64,000 bases of DNA, from positions 12,789 through 76,788 of the forward strand of contig CAWCYS010000003.1 of NCBI GenBank assembly GCA_963799715.1. Reading direction: 5' to 3'. This DNA comes from Terriglobia bacterium (GTDB lineage: Bacteria; Acidobacteriota; Terriglobia; Acidiferrales; UBA7541). Positions within the stretch are counted from its first letter, which is position 1. The number at the start of each line of letters is the position of its first letter. A program made the translations under genes and the position numbers. The notes beneath the pieces are model-generated. The model made no database searches. It saw only the letters and a program-made list of their open reading frames with translations, and had not been told where the DNA came from. Shown here piece by piece: positions 46,560-56,203 of the stretch.

Positions 46560-49276
46560 TCATGGTTTCTTCACCGCCGCGACCCAGTTCGTCACCAGCG
46601 TGATCGGCTCTCCGCCCGATCCCGAGACGGGAACCACAATGACAAACTTTTTCCCGTCACTCGTTACGTCGTAGGGCAGCAGCAAGCTCGAGGAAGCGTT
46701 CACCGAGAACAACGTTTGCGTATTTCCGATTTCGAGGGAGCTGCCCTTCTCTTGAATCTCCACGGTCATCAGCTTGTTGTCCTCGCTGATATAGAACAGT
46801 TCTTTCCCATCCGCGCGCCAACGCGGTGCCGCTCCGCCGTTAGCCGAGACCTGCCACTTGCTGTTCGCCCCTGGGAACGACGAGATAAATATCTCGCGCC
46901 TCCCGGACTCTTGCGAAGAATACGCAATCCACTTGCCGTCCGGAGAAAAAGTTGGAGTCAGCAGATTGTAGGCATTTTGGATGAAGGGGAACGGTTTCTT
47001 GTCTCCAAAGAGCGGCAAAATCCAAATGCCGAATCCGCCCCCTGCTTGTGGATCCAGACGATCGTAGACAATATACCGCCCGTCTCTGGACCAGTCGCTC
47101 ACAAGTTGTTCTACACCGTCCCCGGCCAGCGGCTGAATGTCGCCGGTTCCGTTCGCCGCCTTTTCATACATGCTCAGATTTCCTGCGTGCGTCGATGAAA
47201 AGGCGATCTCTGTCCCATCGGGCGACCACGCGGGGTAGCCGTGCGATGCCGGGTCGAACGTAAAGCGCGTGCGCACCCCGCGCGTCAAATCCACCAGCCA
47301 GAGATCACTGTTTGACGTTTGCGGATCCTCGATTGCCTCGATCAGTGTCTTGCCATCCGGCGAGAGCCGCGCGTCTAGGACCCCTCCGGGTTCGCCCAAA
47401 GTGCCCAACTGCTTTCCGCCCACGTCCATCCAAACCACTTGACCCGCATCCGTCTCCGACCCTTCATAAACTAGCTCACCATGTTGCGAGACGGAAAAAT
47501 GACCGAGCCGGTACCTCTGCGGGTTTCCGATATGTTCGGCGATTGGAACGGCATCGCCGGTAAGCTTCAGGCCATCCGCGTCAAAGGGTTGGGCCATCAA
47601 AGTCTCACCCCGTAGGAAGAGCACGTATCCGGAAGAGGAATAAAGCGCATCACTGTCGGACGAGAAGAGAAATTGCCGTTGTTTGCCGTCCAGCGACGCC
47701 AGAAAAATTCCATTGTTTCCCGCAGTGCCTACAGCGAAGGGATTGCCCGACCAGTATAGAAAATGATTGTCGTCAGGCAGAAAGGATGGCCAACGAAGCG
47801 TAAGTTGTTGGTCAGCTTTATCGTCCGCAAAAATCGCTACGGGTTCTCCCCCGGCGGCTGAGACCCTCTCCAGGGATCCGGACACCTTTGGAGCAAAGAG
47901 GATTACGCCACTCTTACTCCATGTGCCCCCGCGTCCACTGGAAGCGTCGCAAACCGTCTGCGCCGGCCCTCCGGAAATATCAATCTTCATCAGTTTGCCG
48001 GACGCAAAAAAGCCTACAAATTGACTGTCCGGCGACCAGAAGGGAAACGAAGCGCCTTCTGTGCCTTCGAGCCGGCGGCTTGTCAATGAATCGAGTTCCC
48101 GCACCCAAAGCATCTCATTGGCGCCGCCGCTTTTCGCGCTGAACACCAGCCTCTTGCCGTCCGGTGAAAGGACCGGCGCTCCGAATGCAGCTTGGAAGAC
48201 AAAAGTGGCTTGTTCGGGCGGAAGAATATACGAACGAACCGATCGCTCCGGAACTGAAACCACGCGCCAGAAAAGAGTCGCGAGAATTGCCGACGTGATC
48301 AGAAAAATCGCCACGACGCCCCAGGGCAGCAGTCGCCGCCACGCGGGCTGACGCACTTTCTCAGCGCCAGCCGCGGTTGCCGCCGGAGCAATGAAATCAA
48401 TCCCGCTCACCTGGGCGGTCGGATTCAGTGTCTGCTCGATCGCGATGCGCGCTTCGCCGATCGCCTGCAATCGCTGCTTCGGATCCTTCAGCAAACTGCG
48501 TCGCACCAGCTTCTGAATAGTGGCGGGCGTATCCGCGGGCAGGGAACTCCAGTCCGGATCCACCTTCAGCACTTCAGCCAGCGTGTCCGAGACCGTCTCG
48601 CCGCTGAACGGCTGTTTCCCGCTCAACATTTCGTAAAGCACGCAGCCGAACGACCAAATGTCCGAGCGGCGGTCGGCAGCGCGTCCTTTCGCTTGCTCCG
48701 GCGACATATACGCTGCCGTGCCAAGAATCATTCCTTCGCGCGTGGCGGCGACGCTCAGCGTCGGCGAATTCGCGAGGTTCACTCCCGAGTTCTCGGTTTC
48801 GAGCGCCTTCGCCAGGCCGAAATCGAGCACCTTCACCGCGCCGTCCGGACGTCACCTTCACGTTCGCTGGCTTTAAATCGCGATGGACGATGCCGCGTTC
48901 GTGCGCGAATTCCAGCGCCTCGCAAATCTGTTTGGCAATGCCCAACGCCTCGTTCACAGGGGATCGCGCCCGTGGCCGTGCGGTCCGCAAGCGTCGGCCC
49001 TTCGACGAGCTCCATGACGAACGCGTGAACTTTTCCGGAATCCTCGAATCCGTAAATCGCGGCGATATTCGGATGATTGAGCGAAGCCAGCAGTTGCGCT
49101 TCGCGATGGAAGCGCGCCATGCGCGTGGCGTCCGCCGCAAACGCCTCCGGCAAAACTTTCAGCGCCACCTCGCGCCCCAGTTTCGAGTCGCGCGCGCGAT
49201 ACACTTCCCCCATCCCGCCCGCGCCCAGCGGCGAAACAATTTCGTACGGCCCGAATTTTGTACCCGGCGTTAACAT
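46560..49276 (-). CDS. Ser/Thr protein kinase with TM helix and C-terminal TolB-like beta-propeller; kinase domain frame-interrupted
   Basis: Fragments are 48833..49276 (MLTPGTKFGPYEIVSPLGAGGMGEVYRARDSKLGREVALKVL..), 48574..49140 (..ICEALEFAHERGIVHRDLKPANVKV) and 46560..48836 (VLDFGLAKA..GTAAYMSPEQ..). A TM helix (LLPWGVVAIFLITSAILATLFW) follows. Then come repeats LSPDGKRLVFSA, WSPDSQFVGF, LSPDGKTLIE, WSPDGTEIAFSS, WSRDGRYIVYD, FSPDGKWIAYSS and WRADGKELFYIS. Two frame changes are near 48840 and 48960. Confidence 0.88.
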
Positions 49277-49294
49277 TGGGATCCTTCGCTTCGC

Positions 49295-49423
49295 TCAGGA
49301 TTTCGTCTGCGGGCTCCCGCTTCGCTCACGCCCGCAAAGCGGCTCAACCTCGCCCATCCCGCCCGCACCTAACGGCGAGACGATCTCATACGGCCCAAAT
49401 TTGGTACCGGGCGCCAGACTCAT
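49295..49423 (-). pseudogene. orphan 5' fragment of a paralogous Ser/Thr kinase gene (first ~26 codons only)
   Basis: Own translation from ATG 49423 gives MSLAPGTKFGPYEIVSPLGAGGMGEV. It then diverges (EPLCGRERSGSPQTKS*). Residues 5-26 are identical in amino acids to the start of the kinase at 49276, but about a fifth of the nucleotides differ, mostly at synonymous positions. Confidence 0.7.
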
Positions 49424-49669
49424 CTATGCTCCTCAAGGCAACACACCCAATCGTTGCCCGTGAAATATATCCCAGATGCGGGGCCCCGCAAACAATCCGG
49501 CAACAAAGCGCCTTCGCGCAGGCAAGGATTAGTGGGAGAGGCACTCTCGCGCCCGCCGTGGTCCGCTGCGGTGAACGAAGGCGGTTGCCCGTCCTCCTCC
49601 GCCGCCCCACTTTGGCCTCGCCAGCTGCCGTGATAGCCTTGCAGGAGGCAATTCTCAAAGGAGATTTCC

Positions 49670-50233
49670 TTGGCGAAATCGAAATCCGCTAAAGTTTCCC
49701 CAGCGGTCCGCGCCCGCGCGAAGAAAATCCGCGTCCTGCTCACCGACGTGGACGGCGTGCTGACCGACGGCGGAGTTTGGCTGCTCTCCGAGAGCGACGG
49801 CGGCACGAAAGAAATCAAATGTTTCGACGCGCATGACGGCGTGGGCATGATGCTGTTGAGAATGGCGGGCATTCGCACGGGAATCATCACGGGGAGAGCG
49901 TCGGCCGCTGTGACCCGCCGCGCCGCGGAAGGCGGCGTGGAGTTCGTCTATCAGGGCGTTCCCTACAAGATTCCTGTGTACGAAGAAATTCTCCGGAAGA
50001 CGGGCGCGAAGGAATCGGAGGTCGCCTACGTCGGCGACGACCTGCCCGATATCCCGCTCATGAAGCGCGTTGGCCTGGCCGTCGCCGTGGACAACGCCGA
50101 ACCCGAAGTGAAGCGCGCTGCGCACTACGTCACTGCGCGCTCTGGTGGCAAGGGCGCGGTCCGAGAGGTGGTGGAACTCCTGCTGAAATCGCAGGGCCGC
50201 TGGGAGGAAATGATCGAGAAGGCCCGCGCCTAG
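49670..50233 (+). CDS. kdsC: KDO-8-phosphate phosphatase (HAD-IIIA)
   Basis: Intact ORF. AAGGAG lies about 8 nt before TTG 49670. Motifs are RVLLTDVDGVLTDGGVWL..FDAHDGVGMMLLRMAGIRTGIITGRAS..YQG..VAYVGDDLPDIPLMKRVGLAVAVDNA..VTARSGGKGAVREVVELLLKSQG. Confidence 0.88.
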   Translation: MAKSKSAKVSPAVRARAKKIRVLLTDVDGVLTDGGVWLLSESDGGTKEIKCFDAHDGVGMMLLRMAGIRTGIITGRASAAVTRRAAEGGVEFVYQGVPYKIPVYEEILRKTGAKESEVAYVGDDLPDIPLMKRVGLAVAVDNAEPEVKRAAHYVTARSGGKGAVREVVELLLKSQGRWEEMIEKARA

Positions 50234-50274
50234 CTCGCTCCGCGTGGCTCTACTGCGATATGGGATTGAAAACT

Positions 50275-50348
50275 TGGAGCGGGCGATGGGAATCGAACCC
50301 ACGTCCGAAGCTTGGGAAGCTTCTATACTGCCATTGTACGACGCCCGC
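50275..50348 (-). tRNA. tRNA-Gly (anticodon CCC), CCA encoded
   Basis: The reverse complement reads GCGGGCGTCGTACAATGGCAGTATAGAAGCTTCCCAAGCTTCGGACGTGGGTTCGATTCCCATCGCCCGCTCCA. By hand it folds as a 7-bp acceptor stem, a 4-bp D stem with a GG loop, a 5-bp anticodon stem with loop TTCCCAA (anticodon CCC), a 5-bp T stem with loop TTCGATT, discriminator T, and CCA. Confidence 0.93.
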
Positions 50349-50372
50349 CCCGACACTTCGGTCGTGCTATAT

Positions 50373-51373
50373 TCAGAGGCTACCATTGCTCGCATTCGTT
50401 CGCAATGGGCCGCAGTTGCCGCTACTGTTCGCGGCGGACTTCGTCGAGGCCGGAACCAGCAGCGTCAGCGCGTTGGGCACGACGTAGAAGCGCAAGCGGC
50501 AGCGCGCCGACTGGCTCGCCGTCCACGTGCGCGTAGAGTGCGCCGCCCGGCAATGACGTGCACGTCACTTCCGTGGTCTTCCACGCGCTGATTCCGCGGA
50601 CGCTGCGCAGCTTGCCGAAATAAAGCGCGGGAAGCGCGAAGAGATAGCGCAACCGGCTGCGCGTCGAAAAGGTGACGATCTCGAACGAATCTTCGTAGAG
50701 GCTCGCGCCGGTCGTGATCTTGAACGGGCCCCCGTATTCGGCAGCGCGTCCCACGACGACGAGCGACGCTTCGACCGTGCGTTCGCGCGACTCGACGCGC
50801 ATGAGCGGAAAATTGTACGTGAAAAGTTGTTTGAATCCTTCCGACCCAATACGCCAGTTGCCCCGCCTGCTTCTTGAAATGTGAATCCACACCGTTGACG
50901 ATGGCGCCGTCCGGCCCGCTGCCGCCGACGCACAGAAAATAGCGCGGCGCGACCGGCGGGCCCCCGGTCTCCTCTGCGTCGCGAGCGGCGATGCAGCCGA
51001 GCGCGATCCGCCGCGGCGTGCTCGTGGGAATCAGATCGCGCGGCAGCGGGAATGTCCCACGGGATGCCGAGTTCTTTGGCCAGGATGTTGGCCGTGCCCG
51101 CGGGAAGCAGCGCCATCGGCACCTCGCTGCCGGCGAGGCCGTTGATGATTTCGTTGACGGTGCCGTCGCCTCCGCAGGCGATGACGAGATCGAGTTTGCT
51201 GCGCGACGGCCTGTTTCGCGAAGAGAGTCGCCGAGCCGGCTTCCGTCGTCGGGCGCAAACTCAACATTAATTCCGGCGTCGGCAAGAATCTTCCCAGCGG
51301 CATCAATCTCGGCAAGCCGGCGCGAGCGTCGCCGGCCGCTGATGGGGTTGTATATAAGGATGGCTTTGCGAAT
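50373..51373 (-). CDS. diacylglycerol/lipid kinase family protein (DAGK_cat, YegS/BmrU-like); frame-interrupted, no canonical start
   Basis: Fragments are 51031..51315, 50565..51122, 50465..50890 and 50422..50892. Own translation gives ..RKAILIYNPISGRRRSRRLAEIDAAGKILADAGINVEF.., ..KLDLVIACGGDGTVNEIINGLAGSEVPMALLPAGTANILAKELGIPWD.., and ..HVDGEPVGALPL.FYVVPNALTLLVP... The frame opens after TAA 51380-51382, and its first plausible initiator is ATT 51371-51373. Confidence 0.75.
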
Positions 51374-51476
51374 GGGACGTTACCAAGCGCAGCTCATCCT
51401 TGAGAGCTGGTATGAAGGCCGGGCGTGCCACAAAACTTGCTCGTCTCGATCCATCATCGGCATTTGGTCCGTGCTA

Positions 51477-52316
51477 CTGTACGCGCTGCACGCGCTCGAG
51501 ATCGAGTTCGGCGTCAACGTCCATCAGGGCCTCGTCAGCAGCTATTTCCAGTACCTCGGGAACACGCTGACGCGGCCAGTTCGGAGTCGATGCTCAGGGC
51601 GTGCCGGTCCTGAGCGAGATCACGTCGAAGCTCCCCTGGACGCTCGGACTGGTCGGGGTGACGACCGTGATCGCGTTCCTGATCGGCACGCTGGTCGGCG
51701 TGCTCAGCGCCTGGCGGCGGGGCGGCCGGCTCGACGCGATCCTCCCGCCGACCCTGTTCATCGTCTCGACGCGTCCCCGTCTTCTTCGTCGGCCTGCTGC
51801 TGATCTACGTCTTCGCGGTCAAGCTCAACTGGCTGCCGCTGGGTTCCAACTACAGCCTCGGAGCCACGCCGACGTTCTCGCTCTCATTCATCGGGGACGT
51901 GCTCGACCATGCGCTTCTCCCCGGGACTCAGCCTCACGGTCGTGACCGCGGGGCTGTGGGTGTACTCGATGCGCAACAACATGATCACGACGATCGCCGA
52001 GGACTACGTGAGGATGGGCCGCGCGAAGGGTCTGTCGAACCGCCGCGTGATGTTCGATTACGCGGCGCGCAACGCGATCCTTCCCAACCTGACGGGGTTC
52101 GCGATGCAGCTCGGCTACGTCCTGGGCGGCGCGATCGTGATCGAGTACCTGTTCTCCTATCCCGGACTCGGCTACCTCTTCTACACCGCCACGACCGATC
52201 ACGATCTTCCGCTGATGCAGGGGCTGTTCCTGTTCTACACGCTGGCGGTGCTGGTCTGCGTGCTGATCGCCGACCTGCTCACGGCCGTGCTCGATCCTCG
52301 AACGCGAGAGGCATGA
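51477..52316 (+). CDS. ABC peptide/nickel-type permease (DppB/OppB-like), 5'-truncated and frame-interrupted
   Basis: The recognisable sequence begins ..LYALHALEIEFGVNVHQGLVSSYFQYLGNTL. After a frame change near 51568 it reads RGQFGVDAQGVPVLSEITSKLPWTLGLVGVTTVIAFLIGTLVGVLSAW (ORF 51601..51945). It then continues ..VPVFFVGLLLIYVFAVKLNWLP.. and ORF 51909..52316 (..EDYVRMGRAKGLSNRRVMFDYAARNAILPNLTGFAMQLGYVLGGAIVIEYLFSYPGLG..). The first TM helix and the PGDP region are missing. Confidence 0.75.
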
Positions 52317-52317
52317 G

Positions 52318-53310
52318 ATGGCGACCGGCACCTCAGCCTCGAACGCCGCCGCGACCGATCCCGTTCTCGACGTCGAGAAGACGGGATCGGGCCGGCGCTT
52401 CATGCGAGCGGTCCTCGGCAACCGCAAGGCGACGGTCGGCGCCCTGATCCTGCTGCTGATCTGCTTCGTCGCCGCCTTCCCGGGACTGATCGCGCCCGAC
52501 GACCCCCAGGCGATCATCTACGCCCCGAACGCGGGACCCTCGTCCGCCCATCTGCTGGGCACCACGCAGCTCGGCCAGGATGTGTTCTCCCAGCTCATCT
52601 GGAGCACGCGCCAGACGCTCGTGGTCACGCTCCTGGTGACGACGATCGCGACCTTCATCTCGATGATCGTCGGCGTCACCTCGGCGTATCTGGGCGGAAT
52701 CGTCGATCGCGTGCTGACGGTGGTGACCGACGTCTTCCTGATCATCCCCGTGCTCCCGCTGCTGATCCTGCTGGCGGCCTACCTCCAGCCGGGTGTGACC
52801 TCGCTGATAATCGTGCTGTGCATCACCAGCTGGGCGTTCCAGGCCCGTCAGCTGCGCTCCCAGGGGCTGTCGATCCGCAACCGCGACTTCCTCGTCGCGG
52901 CCCGGGCACGCGGAGAGCGCGCGATCTACATCATCCTCGTCGAGATCGTGCCGACGATGACCTCGCTGCTGGCCGCATCGTTCCTCGCGCTCGCGGTGTA
53001 CGTCGTGGGGTTCGCCGCGAGCCTTCAGTTCCTCGGGCTGGGCAACAGCAGCGAGCTGATGTGGGGCACGATGCTCTACAACGCGCAGCAGGGCGCGGCG
53101 CTCGAGGCCGGCAACGCCTGGTGGGCGCTGGCTCCGGGCGCGGCGGTGGCCCTGCTGGGCACCGGGTTCGCGCTGCTGAACTACGCGTTCGACGAGATCG
53201 GGAATCCCGCGCTGCGGCCGGTGCGCAAGCGGCGGCGCAAGATGCCGGAGGATGGGTGCCCGGCGGTGGAGGCGGCGTGGCCGAGCCGCTGCTTGAAGTC
53301 GTCGACCTGA
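52318..53310 (+). CDS. ABC peptide/nickel-type permease (DppC/OppC-like)
   Basis: ORF 52318..53310 gives ..GALILLLICFVAAFPGLIAPDDP..HLLGTTQLGQDVFSQLIWSTRQTL..FLVAARARGERAIYIILVEIVPTM..LLNYAFDEIGNPALRP. The last ~20 codons overlap the next gene's N-terminus, so the end may be miscalled. Confidence 0.82.
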   Translation: MATGTSASNAAATDPVLDVEKTGSGRRFMRAVLGNRKATVGALILLLICFVAAFPGLIAPDDPQAIIYAPNAGPSSAHLLGTTQLGQDVFSQLIWSTRQTLVVTLLVTTIATFISMIVGVTSAYLGGIVDRVLTVVTDVFLIIPVLPLLILLAAYLQPGVTSLIIVLCITSWAFQARQLRSQGLSIRNRDFLVAARARGERAIYIILVEIVPTMTSLLAASFLALAVYVVGFAASLQFLGLGNSSELMWGTMLYNAQQGAALEAGNAWWALAPGAAVALLGTGFALLNYAFDEIGNPALRPVRKRRRKMPEDGCPAVEAAWPSRCLKSST

Positions 53311-54260
53311 CGGTCGACTATCTGACGGACGCCGGCCGATGTGCGCGCCGTCGACCGGGTCTCGCTTGACGGTTGCAGCCGGGAGAGTTCCTGGGGATCG
53401 TCGGCGAGTCCGGGTGCGGGAAGTCGACGCTGCTGTTCGGGGTGGCACAGCTGCTCTCACCGCCCGGCGAGGTCGTCGGAGGAGCAGGTCATCTTCCGCG
53501 GAGCGGACATGGTGCGGCTCAACCGCGATGAGCTCCGCCACATGCGCTGGCGTGATTACTCGGTGGTCATGCAGAGCGCGATGAACGCGCTCAACCCGAT
53601 GAAGAGCATCGGAGCGCAGTTCAAGGACGCGCTCCAGGCTCACGGCCGGCTGTCGGCTGAGGAGATCCGGCAGCGGTCGGAGGAGGTTCTGGCTCTGGTG
53701 GGGATCGACGCGGTCCACCTGGGCAGCTACCCCCACCAGCTGAGCGGCGGGATGCGCCAGCGCGCGATGATCGCGATGGCGCTGCTCTTCACTCCACAGC
53801 TCGTGATGATGGACGAGCCGACCTCGGCGCTTGACGTGGTGGCGCAGCGCTCCCTGATGACCAAGATCAGGGAACTCCAGCGAAGCCTCGGGTTTGCGGT
53901 CATCTTCGTCACCCACGACATGTCGGTGGTGAGCCGGTACTCCGACCGAGTGGTCGTGATGTACGCAGGCCAGATCGCCGAGGAGGCTGCGACCGAGCGC
54001 ATCTTCGAGCGAGCCCCTTCATCCCGTACACTCGCGGCCTGATCAACGCGTTCCCGTCGGTCACCGGGCCACGCCGGGAGCTGCTCGGAATTCCCGGAAG
54101 CCCCCCGGACCTCGCCCGGCCACCCAGCGGCTGTCTCTTCCACCCGCGCTGTTCGGAGGTGATGCCTGAGTGCCTGAGCCACGACCCGGAGCTGTACCGG
54201 ATCGGCGACACCACTGTGCGCTGCCTCCTCTATGCCGAACAGGCGAAGGAGGCGGTGTGA
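53277..54260 (+). CDS. oligopeptide/dipeptide-type ABC ATP-binding protein (DppD/OppD-like), frame-interrupted
   Basis: GTG 53277 gives VAEPLLEVVDLTVDYLTDAG.. Own translation gives GEFLGIVGESGCGKSTLLFGVAQLL. ORF 53341..54042 gives ..VMQSAMNALNP..LSGGMRQRAMIAMALLFTPQLVMMDEPTSALDVV..VIFVTHDMSVVSRYSDRVVVMYAGQIAE. The C-terminal tail is HPYTRGLINAFPS..CLFHPRCSEVMPEC..*. Confidence 0.85.
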
Positions 54261-54263
54261 GCA

Positions 54264-55329
54264 ATGTCCCAGGCGCGCGACGAGCATGAGACCACCAACG
54301 GCCGCCGACGAGCAGCTTCTGCTCCGAACGGTCGACCTGACACGGCATTTCCGACTCGGCGGGATGTTCGCCAAGCAGATCCTGCATGCGGTCGACGATT
54401 TCAACATGACCATTCGCGAACGCGAGATCGTGGCCCTGGTGGGAGAAAGCGGCAGCGGCAAGAGCACCGTGGCGCGGCTGCATCGACCGGATCTATCCGC
54501 CCACCCGGGGGGAGATCTACTACCGCAACCGGCCGATCCGGCGCCTGCGCTCCCGGAAGGATCTGCTCGCGTACCGGGGGGAGGTGGCGATGGTCTTCCA
54601 GGATCCGTTCAGCTCGTTCAACCCGGTGTTTCGGGTCTCCCACGGGGTGCTGCGAAACCTGGCGCTGCACCGGCCGGAGCTGAGTCGCGACGAGCGGAAG
54701 CGGGAGGCGGAGCGGGTGTTCGAGAGCGTGGGGCTGAACGCCAGGATGCTCCGGAGATTCCCGTACGAGATGAGCGGGGGAGAGCGCCAGCGGGTCGGCT
54801 TCGCCCAGGCGCTTGGCGGTGCGGCCGAAGCTGATCCTCGCCGACGAGCCGGTATCGATGCTCGACGTGTCGATCCGCGCGGGCGTCCTGAACATGATGG
54901 CCGGCCTGCGCGACCAGGAGGGCGTGTCGCTTCTCTACATCACCCACGACCTCGCCAGTGCGCGGTATGTCGCCGATCGCATCATCGTGATGTACGCCGG
55001 TCACCAGGTGGAGGCCGGCCCGACGGAGACGGTGCTCTCGGATCCAAAGCATCCCTACACGCAGCTGCTCCTCTCGGCGGTGGCCGACCCCGCGCGAGAA
55101 GGACGAGTTGATCTCGGCCGACACCGGGGAGCCGCCGCGTGTGATCAACCCGAGCGAGGGCTGTCGCTTCCGCTGGCGCTGTCCCCACGCGATCGAGAAG
55201 TGCGCGCAGGTCACGCCCCGGCCAAGCCAGATCGGATCGGTGCAGGTCGCCTGCCACGTCGCGGCCGGGGAACGAGAGGACGTCGCCAACCCCGACGGCA
55301 CGGCCTCGATCACTCATAGCCGAAGCTGA
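54264..55329 (+). CDS. oligopeptide/dipeptide-type ABC ATP-binding protein (DppF/OppF-like), frame-interrupted
   Basis: Fragments are 54232..54834 (LLLRTVDLTRHFRLGGMFAKQILHAVDDFNMTIREREIVALVGESGSGKSTVARL), 54584..55111 (MVFQDPFSSFNPVFRV..MSGGERQRVGFAQAL), 54813..55319 (LILADEPVSMLDVSIRAGVLNMMAGLRDQEGVSLLYITHDLASARYVADRIIVMYAG..HPYTQLLL) and 55108..55329 (..NPSEGCRFRWRCPHAIEKC..). There are at least four frame changes. Confidence 0.85.
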
Positions 55330-55330
55330 G

Positions 55331-56027
55331 TTGACCCACCTCGCCCCCGGGTCCATCGGACTCGTGATCTTCGATTGCGATGGCGTGCTCATCGACAGCG
55401 AGCGCCTGGCGGTCAAGGTGGACGTGCTGGTGCTGCGCGAGCTGGGATGGCCTCTCAGCGAGGCGGAGGTGGTCGAGCGGTTCGTCGGGCGCTCCGACCG
55501 CGACACCCAGGCCGCAATCGAGGCGCACCTCGGACGCAAGCTGCCGGTCGACTGGGAAGAGCAGGTACAGCCGCTCTACAGACAGGCGTTCGAGGCCGAG
55601 CTCGCTCCCGTCGAAGGCGTGCTGGAGGCACTCGACGCGATCACCCTGCCGAGCTGCGTCGCGTCGAGCGGCACTCACGAGTACCTGCGCTACACGCTCG
55701 GGTTGACAGGCCTGTACGAGCGGTTCGAGGGGCGGATCTTCAGTGCGGAGGACGTCGCCAGAGGCAAGCCCGCCCCGGACCTCTTCCTGCACGCTGCCGA
55801 GCAGATGGCGACCACGCCGGCCAGGCTGCGTGGTGGTCGAGGACAGCCGCTCCGGCGTCGAAGCGGCGCGCGCCGCGGGCATGCGCGCTCTGGCCTTCGC
55901 CGGCGGGCTTTCGCCAGCCGAGCTCCTGGAGGGGCCGAACACGATCGTGTTCGAGGACATGCGCGAACTTCCGAGGCTCCTCGACCTTGGCTCCTCGACG
56001 GCATACGAGCCTGACGCGTTTGCTTGA
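55331..56027 (+). CDS. HAD-IA family hydrolase (beta-phosphoglucomutase/phosphatase-like), one frame break
   Basis: ORF 55331..56014 gives GLVIFDCDGVLIDSERL..ASSGTHEYL..FSAEDVARGKPAPDLFLHAAEQM. ORF 55743..56027 gives CVVVEDSRSGVEAARAAGMRALAFAGG... The frame changes near 55820. Confidence 0.8.
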
Positions 56028-56203
56028 GCACGGGTGCGGCGGCGAGTGTCGTAGCCGGGCAGTCCACGGCTACGATTTGCGTGGGCGCTGGAGGGCGCCT
56101 CCGGGTCCGCGGGAAGGACGGTGTCCACCTCTGGGAAGTTGATCATGTTCCTGGCCTCTTCCTTGGCCTGAGCTGCGGGCCGCAGGCGGTGAAGGGAGAT
56201 GCC

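Noticed and set aside
50244-50591. ORFs 50244..50591, 50260..50487 and 50312..50536 on the plus strand.
   Set aside because: They run across the tRNA-Gly gene and antisense to the lipid-kinase 3' end. They have no motifs and an Arg-rich composition.
50275-51480. tRNA-Gly as the attachment site of a genomic island that would explain the composition break at 51.4 kb.
   Set aside because: The break is about 1 kb from the 5' side of the tRNA, with a native-looking lipid-kinase gene in between. There is no integrase, and I could not find a direct repeat of the tRNA 3' end.
52333-53916. Very long ORFs antisense to, or out of frame with, recognisable genes. Examples: 52333..53916 (527 aa), 55310..56758 (482 aa), 40307..41524 (405 aa), 30917..32167 (416 aa), 29947..31089, 26459..27544, 8861..10045, 3348..4034, 5732..6661 upstream part, 12768..13700.
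   Set aside because: They are Arg/Ala/Pro/Gly-rich, low-complexity translations lying opposite well-supported genes (pyrG, deoB, ABC components, uvrC and others). This is the usual stop-codon-poor shadow-ORF behaviour of high-GC DNA. None shows a motif.
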